64,000 nt of DNA from Fibrobacter sp. GTDB taxonomy: Bacteria; Fibrobacterota; Fibrobacteria; Fibrobacterales; Fibrobacteraceae. A program made the position numbers and the translations under genes. The notes beneath the pieces are model-generated. The model had not been told where the DNA came from. It was given only the letters and a program-made list of their open reading frames with translations, and did no database searches. Below, piece after piece: positions 48,331 to 57,466 of the stretch. How positions within the stretch are numbered: position 1 is the stretch's first letter; every line of letters begins with the position of its first letter. The DNA lies in contig JAGCGO010000067.1 of NCBI GenBank assembly GCA_017649565.1, positions 15,091 to 79,090 on the forward strand. Direction: 5' to 3'.

Positions 48331-48678
48331 CTACTTCCTCCTATTCAGAAATTCTGCATGCTTCTGTAGCCATTCGTCCATCAAAGCTCTTAGCTCTTTT
48401 GTTTTGACAGAGCAGGTTTCCGGCTTATCTTCATTCTCGGGATAAAGAAACTCTATGACGGTTTTGTCTTTGTCAACCACAAAAGAACAAGCATTGCCAC
48501 TAGCAGAGTCTTTTTCCGCTTTACCCGACAAAACATTATCAAATATCTCCAAGTAATCCTGAGAGAACGAATCAACGTCGTCCAGAAATTCACTTAGAAT
48601 ATGATATTCGCCTTCAAAAAGAAATACCATGTCTTCAACAACACCTTCGTGTTCAATGTATTTGATTGTGTAGTTCAT
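48331..48678 (-). CDS. Probable immunity protein for the EndoU toxin
   Basis: Acidic 115 aa, starts 3 nt after the toxin stop; SGNAC and L...W..F motifs like CdiI-type immunity proteins. Confidence 0.7.
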   Translation of the reverse strand: MNYTIKYIEHEGVVEDMVFLFEGEYHILSEFLDDVDSFSQDYLEIFDNVLSGKAEKDSASGNACSFVVDKDKTVIEFLYPENEDKPETCSVKTKELRALMDEWLQKHAEFLNRRK

Positions 48679-48681
48679 GTT

Positions 48682-49230
48682 TTACTCCTTTGGGAAGGCC
48701 GAAGTGATTTTGCCGTTAGGGTTAAGGAACATTTCAATCTTTACACCATTGGCGTAGCCGTAATAGCGATTGCCAGACACATGTCTACGATTTACATAAG
48801 CTTGATTAATTGAATTGACTACCTGTTGCGGGCTCCAACTTTGCGGGAAGAATGTACTGAATCCTCGTTTGGGCACTCCGTTTGTCACCACATTTCCTCG
48901 ATATACCCCTTGGGCGTTTGGAATTGTCCGAGTTCCTGGAATAATCTGTCCTGCCGTATTCGCGATTCCTTCGTAATGATATCCTTTGGCTTCACCTTTA
49001 TGGTTTATCTCTCCCTCAAATATATGTTTTATTCCACTTTCTGTAAAGTTCTCCGTATGATCTAAATTAGAAACAGACTCCATGGAAAAAATACGCGGTT
49101 CAGGTGATTCGAATTCTTCTCGCAATTTGTTTTCAATTTCCTGAACCTTAGCGGCGTATTCCAGCGATTCAATGCTTTCTTGAGGTGAGCCCGCAGTCCC
49201 ATGGCTTAAGCCCGTATTGCTATTCCGCAT
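48682..49230 (-). CDS. Bacterial EndoU RNase toxin with a short N-terminal tag
   Basis: HIFEGE..GYHY, GVY, STFFP..W, G..I.M...G.I.SAFP. Confidence 0.85.
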   Translation of the reverse strand: MRNSNTGLSHGTAGSPQESIESLEYAAKVQEIENKLREEFESPEPRIFSMESVSNLDHTENFTESGIKHIFEGEINHKGEAKGYHYEGIANTAGQIIPGTRTIPNAQGVYRGNVVTNGVPKRGFSTFFPQSWSPQQVVNSINQAYVNRRHVSGNRYYGYANGVKIEMFLNPNGKITSAFPKE

Positions 49231-49969
49231 GACCACCCCCTTTAGTTTTCAATTTTACCTTGTTTCTATTTTTCAGGATGTTGTCAGGAATAATGACTTC
49301 AATACCTTTTTGGACGGCATATTCGAAGATTGCCAGAGCCTTCTCATCTGTCTTGCAAACATCATAAACAATGATTTTCTTGAGACGCAGGGTGTCAACG
49401 GTCATCCTGATTGCTTTTTTGAGGATTTCACGCTCTTCGACATTGTTGATGTAGCCTTTGGTGCTGAAAGCGACCACACTGCATTCCCGCAACCCTTCTA
49501 ACACAAATGGCAAGAAGTCTATGTTGGGGAACGTTATCAAAGGGATAACGCATATCCCCAATTCAATCGTAAGCCAAAGCGATATCACGCGTGCCCGCTT
49601 CAATCGGTACAGATTTTCCAACAAGTCAACATCGCCGCATTCCGAGCAATCCGGAGCGACAACGAAACGGACGCCCTTGAATCGTTTCTTGAACATCCGC
49701 AAGTCCTTGCTATTCTTGTAATAGATGGCGTTGTAAAGGCCGTGCTGGCCATCAAACACGTCATCGAACTGAAAATGAGCAACGGCAGTCATTGCCGTAT
49801 GATGATAATCGCCCACTTGCGAGTAGAGAGCGATGTAATCGGGAACGATCTCCGTATTACATTGGACACTGGGAAGTTCCAGTTTTCCGCATTTACGAGT
49901 CTTGTTGGTATAATCCAGATAATTGAGCAATAAGCGTTTTTTCTTGAGTTGATCAGTCATTTTCTTCAT
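49220..49969 (-). CDS. DUF4417-family protein
   Basis: HFQFDD.F, V.PD.S..GD, VIP.I.F, VAFSTKG motifs. Confidence 0.75.
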   Translation of the reverse strand: MKKMTDQLKKKRLLLNYLDYTNKTRKCGKLELPSVQCNTEIVPDYIALYSQVGDYHHTAMTAVAHFQFDDVFDGQHGLYNAIYYKNSKDLRMFKKRFKGVRFVVAPDCSECGDVDLLENLYRLKRARVISLWLTIELGICVIPLITFPNIDFLPFVLEGLRECSVVAFSTKGYINNVEEREILKKAIRMTVDTLRLKKIIVYDVCKTDEKALAIFEYAVQKGIEVIIPDNILKNRNKVKLKTKGGGHAE

Positions 49970-50115
49970 AATGTTTTCCTTAAGTTAAAGTTTTGACCAG
50001 CGCATTCGCGGTTGCGAATGCGTTACTGACTATTTCGCCATAATAAGGGTGGTCAAAACGCCAAGAAAAAGCTATTTTATGAAGACCCTAGCCTTCTGAT
50101 AGTGATATCAAGGCG

Positions 50116-50152
50116 AGCCTCGAAGCTACCGTAAATAGTTTCGGGGCTTTTT
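50116..50152 (+). terminator. Hairpin with T-tract between ImmA and DUF4417
   Basis: AGCCTCGAAGCTA..TAGTTTCGGGGCT-TTTTT. Confidence 0.55.
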
Positions 50153-50193
50153 TGATGACCATTTCTTTTACGAACCATATTACATACAACCTC

Positions 50194-50985
50194 CTATTTC
50201 AAATAGCTCAGTTTTCGCAAACGAATCACTGCAGCCTGATGCGAAACCCGATACGTCTTTTCAAATTCATCAAAAATCTTTTGCTTCTGCATTTCTGCAC
50301 AATGGTTCAAGGGGAACTCTCTTGCAACCTGCCCAAACAAAACCTTTGTATCAGGGAAGAATTTTTGCATAAAGACTCTTACTGAATCTTTCGGCATAAG
50401 CAGACACGAGGCGAAGTAATCGGCCTGCCATTCAATCCAATCAAGTTCCGAATTCAAGGGCCTTCCAAAATATTCGCCAACAATACTTCTCTTACACGAA
50501 GAAGCCTTTAAATCACAGCTAAAACTTTCGCCGAAATCCAGTTCGTAATTCTCTGAATGCGGGTTGAAATATTCCTCGTGATAAAAAGAATGCCCAAATT
50601 CATGCGCAAGTGTAAAATTCAGCCTTCCGACAGGCGAATTGTTTTCAAGTTCCCCAGAAATGATGATCGTTCCTGCATCATATACAACTTCTTTGACTTG
50701 TCCCTGGATACGAACTTTTACGCGCCCTTGCCCAAAAAGATTCATCCCCAATATTTGTGGATCTGCAAAATATGCGAATTGAACAGTCAGCCCCATACCT
50801 TCGATGATTTCATCTATCGGGGTCGCCTGCGGAATAGCTAAATCATAGTCATAATCTAGCCCATGACTTTTCAAGAACTCCTGCACATGAAATTCGATAT
50901 CGTCACAAGACAACACCAAAGTCCTGTCTTTTTTGACAGGAACACAAATATTTGGAAGGAATTTCAATTGCGCCGTTTTATTCAT
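50194..50985 (-). CDS. ImmA/IrrE-family metallopeptidase
   Basis: R.NFTLAHEFGH, EWQAD.FA..LLMP, F.VS..A..IRL. Confidence 0.9.
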   Translation of the reverse strand: MNKTAQLKFLPNICVPVKKDRTLVLSCDDIEFHVQEFLKSHGLDYDYDLAIPQATPIDEIIEGMGLTVQFAYFADPQILGMNLFGQGRVKVRIQGQVKEVVYDAGTIIISGELENNSPVGRLNFTLAHEFGHSFYHEEYFNPHSENYELDFGESFSCDLKASSCKRSIVGEYFGRPLNSELDWIEWQADYFASCLLMPKDSVRVFMQKFFPDTKVLFGQVAREFPLNHCAEMQKQKIFDEFEKTYRVSHQAAVIRLRKLSYLK

Positions 50986-51344
50986 CGCCGTTTCCTTTCC
51001 AACATTCGCCGAAATTCTTCCCAGTCCTTTGCGGTAGCTTTTTCCTTTGCCACGCGTAGAGCGGCCCTGGCTTCGGGAACTTTATTGACATAGTCGGCGA
51101 TATCCTTGGGAGCTTCGCTCTTTTCGGGGTCCGCCACCAAATCAAAGAATTGGGCCCTTTCATCGCCCTCAATTTCAAGAGCGTCGGCCATTTCGGCGAA
51201 GAAATTGCTATCATTCGGTTTGCGGTTTCCTTTTTCGATATCGCAAATATAGGCGGCAGACTTGCCCATCTTTTCGGCAAGTTTCCGGATGGTAATCCGC
51301 TTATTTTTGCGCACAGTCTCGATAAAATCGCCAAGTTTGCTCAT
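50982..51344 (-). CDS. XRE-family HTH regulator
   Basis: R....TIRKLAE..G.S.AYICDIEKG.R.P. Confidence 0.9.
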   Translation of the reverse strand: MSKLGDFIETVRKNKRITIRKLAEKMGKSAAYICDIEKGNRKPNDSNFFAEMADALEIEGDERAQFFDLVADPEKSEAPKDIADYVNKVPEARAALRVAKEKATAKDWEEFRRMLERKRR

Positions 51345-51362
51345 CTCTTCTCCGAATTTCGC

Positions 51363-51417
51363 ATGTTCGCAGAATTGCGAACATTTTGAATATACATTAT
51401 AAAAACGGGATTGTCAA
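51363..51417 (-). promoter_or_regulatory. Promoter and palindromic operator of the XRE-ImmA operon
   Basis: TTGACA-N17-TATATT on -, then ATGTTCGCA-N4-TGCGAACAT perfect inverted repeat (51363-51384). Confidence 0.7.
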
Positions 51418-51436
51418 TAGGGGAAAGGGACAAAAC

Positions 51437-52867
51437 CTATTTTTTTTCTACTAGCTCAGCCAACGTCTTTTGAACCTCGCCAGACACACTATAGTTCTGC
51501 ATAACAGACTTTACATCCAGCAAGATTCCCGCGATTCGGTGGTAAGGACGGGAATCGACTTCGCCCGGCTTTGCTTTAATGTTTTTCCAGTCTCCATGGC
51601 AATGGCCTATAAAGCGCATTTTGCAAGGACGCTTTTCAAAGCCGTCGTCCGGCGGCAATTTTGAATTATCGGCATCAAAACAATACGGCAGAACGAATGC
51701 GTTATAAATAGGCTTTGGCGGAGCGTCATTCTGAGCGGAGCCGTCAGGCGAAGTCGAAGAATCTAGGCCTAAAATTTCTTTCCAATGTGTTTCCACATAC
51801 TCCGCATAAGCGATTTGCTTGCAGATTGAACCGGATGACGGCAAGTCCGTTGCAGAACCTGTCATGCCAAACTTATAGTACTTGGCGTCCAGAACATAAA
51901 GATGTTTGTCGTCCCCATCCCACATAATCGTATCAGGGCGCATGGCATAATTGGGATTTTCGTATCCGCGGACTCCCGAACTCAGATCCCATTCACAGTG
52001 CGGATTGAATTTGTCCTTGGTAACTCCTTGCGGCAATTTTCCGAAAATCTTGTCCACCATTCCTTCCCAAAGGGGAGCGAACTTGTCTACGCCAAAGAAC
52101 GCTTCCGGTTCTTTGCCGTCCTCACCGTGGTTTTCCTTATCTCCCAAATAACGGACCATTTTCAACATCGCCCGGAAAAGTTCCAGATGCTTGTCTTTGA
52201 ATGTCGCTGCAATTTTATCTTGGATTACTTCCGCAAATAATTCGTATTCAAACAGGAGTTCCGAATCATCGACTTCATCTTCCGAAATTCCGTAAAGAGG
52301 GCCAATCAGCCTAGCGGCTTCCTTGACGCAATACTTGTGTACCAGCGTAATCAGATTGTCTTCGCGATAGCTCGTCTTGCGCGTAATCAGGTTCAGATAC
52401 ACAACTTGATGGCGCCCTTCTTCGTCCTTAACAACCTGCGGCTTAATCCTCCTGATTGTACGCGGCCAACTGATTTTGCCAGAGAACCCCTTCTTGTAAA
52501 TCGTTTCTGATTCCACATAATAGCCGAAATCAAGATAGTATTGCAATACCGAAAGATACGCATAGAACGGAAAATCTAATTGGGATTTTTCCAAATCTTC
52601 TTCGGTGAAATAGCTTTGCAGGGATTTATCGCTCAGCACTGCAATAAGCCTGTAGAAATCCTGCTTGCAAATATCCTCAGACGGCTTTGCCGAGCGATAA
52701 CCCATCGGGAAATAGATTCTAGGCTGATTGTCCTCAATCTTTATCCCAACAAAGGACTTGTCTTTTTTCTCTTCACCCGATTTCCACGCATCATACACGC
52801 AAAAATCCGCAAAAGATGGAATTGTCTTTTGTGCAGACTCTGCGATATGTTGTGCAAGCGCGGTCAT
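51437..52867 (-). CDS. LlaJI-family (McrC-like) restriction endonuclease subunit
   Basis: SFVGIK, FP.GY, GKI.W.RT, WE.M.D..FG, RPDTIM, LDAKYY, KQI.Y. Confidence 0.85.
   Translation of the reverse strand: MTALAQHIAESAQKTIPSFADFCVYDAWKSGEEKKDKSFVGIKIEDNQPRIYFPMGYRSAKPSEDICKQDFYRLIAVLSDKSLQSYFTEEDLEKSQLDFPFYAYLSVLQYYLDFGYYVESETIYKKGFSGKISWPRTIRRIKPQVVKDEEGRHQVVYLNLITRKTSYREDNLITLVHKYCVKEAARLIGPLYGISEDEVDDSELLFEYELFAEVIQDKIAATFKDKHLELFRAMLKMVRYLGDKENHGEDGKEPEAFFGVDKFAPLWEGMVDKIFGKLPQGVTKDKFNPHCEWDLSSGVRGYENPNYAMRPDTIMWDGDDKHLYVLDAKYYKFGMTGSATDLPSSGSICKQIAYAEYVETHWKEILGLDSSTSPDGSAQNDAPPKPIYNAFVLPYCFDADNSKLPPDDGFEKRPCKMRFIGHCHGDWKNIKAKPGEVDSRPYHRIAGILLDVKSVMQNYSVSGEVQKTLAELVEKK
51725..51764. repeat. 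Palindromic repeat GTCATTCTGAGC..GAAGAATCT inserted in-frame in the endonuclease gene
   Basis: Resembles widespread GTCAT(T/C)CTGAGC-GAAG(A/G)ATC short repeats; encodes the loop DSSTSPDGSAQND. Confidence 0.55.
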
Positions 52868-52879
52868 TTAGAAATTCGT

Positions 52880-54349
52880 CTATTTTTGCAATTTGGCTTT
52901 ATCCACGTCGTTCAACTTAAAAATCTTTTCAAACGATTCAAATCCGACAGCCGTTTCAAAGGCTTCTATCAAATCCGAAAGGGAATTGATTTTATCATCT
53001 TTGATGAAAATCTCGCCAGATTTGTTGCGCTTGAAAACATCGTCCCACAGGTATTTGAGAACCTTTTCCGCAAAGTCTTCTTTCTTGATTTTGTCAACAT
53101 CTCCGACCTTTTCACCGGTGATGAACCAACCACCTAAGCACTTGTCATCGGCCTTCAAAACAGCCGTCTGCGGCAGGAGAATCTTTTCATTTATCCATTC
53201 ACGGAAATTGCCCCAGCAAACGCCAGTATCGTCAATTTCCGTCTTGTATTGCGCTGAATTCTCGTCCAATACATTCCGAATCATCTTTGACTTAAAGCGA
53301 CGTTGGAACGCATTGTCCATTGTGAATACGTTCTGATCATTCGTATTCATCGTCGCGTAGATAGAAAGATTCGGCGGCAGACGCACGGCAGTATTGTTGA
53401 TGAACTTTATTTCATCGCCATAGGGAACGCAATCATCGTATTCAATTTTTTCGGGATTATCCGTACTCTTCTGGCGGACATACGCATTTACGTCAATATT
53501 GGTGACACCGTAAGAGCTCCAACCCGTGTTGTAGATATTTCCTGAAAGCTCTTCAGGGCCGTCTTCCGGACGGATGCGGTCCAGCAGCTGGAACATCTCG
53601 CCGAAAATGGCTGCCGCATTGCCACGGTTAATTTCCTCAATAATTAGGAAAAAAGGCTCCGTCGGATTGCGATAAGCCCTGCGTACAATTTCCGCAAAAG
53701 GCCCCGGCTTAAAGCGGTATTCAACACCCCCGTTATCCGGTTTTACATACGGATAAATCTGCCCAACAAAATCCGCATTGCAGTATTCCGGATGGAACAC
53801 GCAACGTACCTTGTGGTATTCCTTGTCCGTAATTCCGTACTTATCCAACTCGGCGTTGATGACCTTGTTGACTTCGTAGCTCTTGCCGCAACCGGGAACA
53901 CCGTAGTAGATGATTTGAGTGGGGGTGAAAGAATTACTATTTTGATTAGATTTTACACTTGTTAATGGATTTTTGTCATTCAGAAAATCCACTATATCAG
54001 GAGTATGCTTTATGATTTTTTCTAGCGAATTTGTATCAATCAACTCTCCTTTAGAATCATAAACTTTAAATTGATTTTCCGAAGTTGGAACGCAAAGCTT
54101 TTGAATTGCACTTGGAAGAGGATCTCGTTCTGTTAATTTTCTCCATCCATTTAAGATTCCCTGTGATACCTGCATGTCTGTTAGAATTATATACTCAGCT
54201 TTTTTCCATGAAGCAGAATCGCGATTACTCACTTGCTGAGCTAAAAAGCTATCGCTATTCACAAGACTATATGTATTAGGATATGTTTCAGCTTTTGTTT
54301 CCCTAACTCCAAGTTTTTTTAACAATTGAGCAATTTCATAAGCATTCAT
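52880..54349 (-). CDS. McrB-like AAA+ GTPase (LlaJI R1-like)
   Basis: YGVPGCGKS, FHP.Y...DFVG, IIEEINRGN..AIFGE.FQLLDR, ATMNT.DQ..F..D.AF.RRF; TGATG overlap with the MTase. Confidence 0.9.
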   Translation of the reverse strand: MNAYEIAQLLKKLGVRETKAETYPNTYSLVNSDSFLAQQVSNRDSASWKKAEYIILTDMQVSQGILNGWRKLTERDPLPSAIQKLCVPTSENQFKVYDSKGELIDTNSLEKIIKHTPDIVDFLNDKNPLTSVKSNQNSNSFTPTQIIYYGVPGCGKSYEVNKVINAELDKYGITDKEYHKVRCVFHPEYCNADFVGQIYPYVKPDNGGVEYRFKPGPFAEIVRRAYRNPTEPFFLIIEEINRGNAAAIFGEMFQLLDRIRPEDGPEELSGNIYNTGWSSYGVTNIDVNAYVRQKSTDNPEKIEYDDCVPYGDEIKFINNTAVRLPPNLSIYATMNTNDQNVFTMDNAFQRRFKSKMIRNVLDENSAQYKTEIDDTGVCWGNFREWINEKILLPQTAVLKADDKCLGGWFITGEKVGDVDKIKKEDFAEKVLKYLWDDVFKRNKSGEIFIKDDKINSLSDLIEAFETAVGFESFEKIFKLNDVDKAKLQK

Positions 54350-55362
54350 CACACACCCCACTTTTTCAGATTCTCTTTCTTTTGTGCTTCAGGAGAACTA
54401 GCTCCCAACGGGAAGCCCATTAAGTATTCCGCATTTTTAGGAGCTGGGCGGCCAAATACTTTTTTGAAATTTCGACAACCCTGGTGTTTCATCATTGATG
54501 GGGCAGAATAATTCGCCATTGTTGTTGGCGTATGGACGAGTCCCATTTCTTCTCCATAAGTCTTCTTTATCCACGTTTTTTCTTTTTCAAAAACTTGAGA
54601 TATTTCGTTTTCAGATACATCTTCTGTATATGTACCGTTTTCAATATGACGATTCACCAAAATTCTGAATGCAGACGCTGCAACAAAAGGAGATTGAGCA
54701 TTGCCAACGCCCTTCAATTGTTCTCTACGGTCAGCAACAGGCACATCTGCTCCTAATTCATCTGGATTCTTGCTCCAGAATACGCCCTTGAATTTCGGAA
54801 GACTTATCACATGATTCTTAATTTTTGAAAACACCGTTTGATCTTTTACGGCCAACAACCAAAAACGATTTCTTTGATGGTCCGCTCCAAGATTAGAACA
54901 GCTTAATCGGCAGAATTGAACCTTGTATCCAGCCTTTTCCAAATCGTGCCTTGCTTTAGATATGGCTCTCAATACAACGTTTTCACCAAAAACAACAGGA
55001 GCGTTAGATTCCTTCACAAAACGAAGCATCTCCTCCCATAGATTTTTTTCGGCAATGTTTTTCCCATGAGCAGCGGTGCTAAACGCCTGGCATGGAAAAC
55101 CGCCGCACAAAACATCAAATTTCCCTTTAAAGTCTTTTCCATTCAGCTCACGGAGATCGCCATATATTTCAAAGGGATTCATCCAACCGTCTTTCTGACG
55201 TTGCTTCAAAACTTTTTGGCAAAATTCACTGATTTCAACGCCCGCACAACATTGGTGCCCTAAAAGTTCACCACCATAAATTCCACCACCAATCCCCGCA
55301 AAGAGGTGGAATTCCTGTATTTTAGCTTCGTCGTTAGTCGCGACTTTTTTCTGGGCCATCAT
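54349..55362 (-). CDS. C5 DNA cytosine methyltransferase
   Basis: LFAGIGG, GGFPCQ, FGENV, HQR.R, GNA motifs. Confidence 0.88.
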   Translation of the reverse strand: MMAQKKVATNDEAKIQEFHLFAGIGGGIYGGELLGHQCCAGVEISEFCQKVLKQRQKDGWMNPFEIYGDLRELNGKDFKGKFDVLCGGFPCQAFSTAAHGKNIAEKNLWEEMLRFVKESNAPVVFGENVVLRAISKARHDLEKAGYKVQFCRLSCSNLGADHQRNRFWLLAVKDQTVFSKIKNHVISLPKFKGVFWSKNPDELGADVPVADRREQLKGVGNAQSPFVAASAFRILVNRHIENGTYTEDVSENEISQVFEKEKTWIKKTYGEEMGLVHTPTTMANYSAPSMMKHQGCRNFKKVFGRPAPKNAEYLMGFPLGASSPEAQKKENLKKWGV

Positions 55363-55552
55363 TCGCTCCGTGTTGAAAGTGAACGAGTTCACTCTCGCGG
55401 GAGCGATGCGCCGGGCCTGGTTTCAGGAGCCGCTTAGCGGACAAAAGAAAAGGCGGGGAGCATTGCTACTCCTCGCCCGAAAGCGCGACATTTTCAAAAA
55501 AGAATACAACAACCCGCATTAACGCCTTGTCGGTACGGCCCTTCGGCGGTTC

Positions 55553-55576
55553 GTCCCTTCGACAAGCTCAGGGAAC
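55553..55576. repeat. CCCTTCGACAAGCTCAGGG short palindromic repeat
   Basis: Recognisable short repeat of the CCTGAGCTTGTCGAAGG type. Confidence 0.55.
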
Positions 55577-55699
55577 TTATACCGACTTCAGGGGCTTACA
55601 AAGGCGCCACCATCCCGAGCGGGTTCAGTACGCCCAGGACACAATACACCCGTGGCCTTCACGGGCGGCTTGCGAGTAATTGTCTTATTCCTTGTATTC

Positions 55700-56025
55700 T
55701 GAAAGTGTCTAGTTTCCAAATGAGGGACAAGAGCAAAACTCAGCGAGTGTTCGCTCCCGTTCCAACATCAACATCATGCTTTTTCTGGAAACAAAAAAGG
55801 CGTGGAGTTGAATGCACTTACCATCTGGAGGCCTAGACTGCCCGAATACAATAAGCACAAACAACTCACGCCCCAAAAGGCCGCAAGGCAACATAAAACA
55901 AATACAATTTGTCTACGAGCCAAAACGATGCGGCAAGCTGAGCCTGTCGCAGACGTGAGCGTTCGCCTGTTCTCCGCATTCATGAAAGTGTCTAGTTTCC
56001 AGATGGAGAACAAGAGCAAAAACTC
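55700..56025 (-). ncRNA. Structured leader: two 42-43-bp direct repeats flanking a terminator hairpin that carries an anti-repeat
   Basis: Direct repeats at 55700-55741 and 55983-56025 (38/43); inverted copy at 55821-55838 inside a GGCGTG..CACGCC hairpin with U-tract. Confidence 0.5.
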
Positions 56026-56214
56026 TATTTGCCTTGAAATATAGATTATTCCGCTGTCAAAAGATGACTTCTGACAAGTCTGAGGTGACAAAAAGTTGGA
56101 TGCCACTCCAAAAAAGGGATTTCGCCTTGGTTTGACTAGTTTACTACATTCTCAGAAGGGTGGGTTCAGCAATGCCGCAAATCTTTAAGATAGGCTCTTT
56201 TTGGGTTTAATGAA

Positions 56215-57456
56215 TTACTGTGCGAGGAGCGCTTTCGCCGGGATGTGGAACCAGTCGGGCCTGAATTCCAGTTCGTAGCATGCTTCGTAGACGGCCTTGG
56301 CGAGAATATGGGGCTGGGCGGCGGCCTGCAGGTGTTTCGGGTCGATTCCGCGTTCGGCGGCGTAGCCTTCCATGAATGCCTTTTCTGCGGTGGCGCAGTC
56401 GCGGCCGCCGGTGGCTGCGGCGTAGCGGAAGCTGCGGAGCATTCCGGCGATGTCGACGGCGGGGGAGCGCAGCCTGCGCCGGTAGGCGAGGGTACGGGAG
56501 GGTTCCCCCTCGAAGTCGAGAATCTTGAATTTGGAGTCGTCATCGCCGGGGGCGCTTTCGGGGAGGCGTTCGCGGATAAGGACCTGGCCCAGGTGGTAGT
56601 CCCCGTGGATGCGCTGCGGGGCGAGATTCCCGGTCTCGAGGCCCCGCGCTTCGGTTCCCATGCGGGCGAATGTCCCGCGCAGGGAATCCATCGATGCTAG
56701 GAGCTGGTTTGCCAGCGGGTCTTCGCTTGCTTTGAGCAGGCGTTCGAGCTTGTCGAAGGGCGGGGGCTCGTTCCCGACGTCAGTGCCGGGGAGGTCCTTG
56801 AGGGCGGCGTGCATGCGGGCGGTCGCCTTGCCGAGCGCCGCTGCCTCGCCGGCGTCCATCTTCTCGCAGAAACGTTTCCAGGCGTCGTGCGCGTTGTCGA
56901 CCATTTCTTCCAGGACGCCGATCGCGTATTCCTCGCCGGAATTTGCTTTGTAGAGGCATTCCCCGTAGAGTTTCGGGGAGGTGCATGCGCCGAAGCTGTT
57001 CAGGTGGCGCAGGATTTCGGCTTCGGGGTGGATTCCCGCCTGTAGCCGACGGTACAGTTTGAAGATGCTGTGGCCGGGGACGAAGAACGACGAGTTGCTC
57101 TGTTCCCCCGGGAACGTTTTTGCGCCGAGCAGGGTCCCTTGCCCTGCGCATTCTTCGGCTTGGCCGTCTTTGCGGGTGCGGGCGCCCAGGAAGACGAACT
57201 TTCCCCTTTCCCCGTGGAATTCGCGGCTGTCGGAATTTCCGGCGAATCCGGCCTCGAGGATTGCCCCCATGCGGGCCTCGTCCTTGACGGTGGCGTACTT
57301 GTCGGTCTCGCCGTCTGCGAATGAGACTTCTAGCAGGGCAAGTTCAATGCCGCCGATTTCTGCGGAATCCGCCACGCGGACGGCCGAGACGGGCCGGTTC
57401 CTGCCCATGAACCAACGCCTGCTGCGGATTGTCTCGATGTCGGTTGAACCCTGCAT
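56215..57456 (-). CDS. Maltokinase (Mak/Pep2)-like aminoglycoside-phosphotransferase-fold protein
   Basis: RWF, EQSNSS, K..R.L..G.HPE.E, RIHGDYHLGQVL, ILDFEGEP, D.AGMLRSF.YA, YE..YE...RP.W. Confidence 0.85.
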   Translation of the reverse strand: MQGSTDIETIRSRRWFMGRNRPVSAVRVADSAEIGGIELALLEVSFADGETDKYATVKDEARMGAILEAGFAGNSDSREFHGERGKFVFLGARTRKDGQAEECAGQGTLLGAKTFPGEQSNSSFFVPGHSIFKLYRRLQAGIHPEAEILRHLNSFGACTSPKLYGECLYKANSGEEYAIGVLEEMVDNAHDAWKRFCEKMDAGEAAALGKATARMHAALKDLPGTDVGNEPPPFDKLERLLKASEDPLANQLLASMDSLRGTFARMGTEARGLETGNLAPQRIHGDYHLGQVLIRERLPESAPGDDDSKFKILDFEGEPSRTLAYRRRLRSPAVDIAGMLRSFRYAAATGGRDCATAEKAFMEGYAAERGIDPKHLQAAAQPHILAKAVYEACYELEFRPDWFHIPAKALLAQ

Positions 57457-57466
57457 TGTGCTGTGC

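Noticed and set aside
55700-56025. Direct repeats as a CRISPR array or type III antitoxin
   Set aside because: Only two copies 283 bp apart, unrelated to the cas-linked repeat and not tandem
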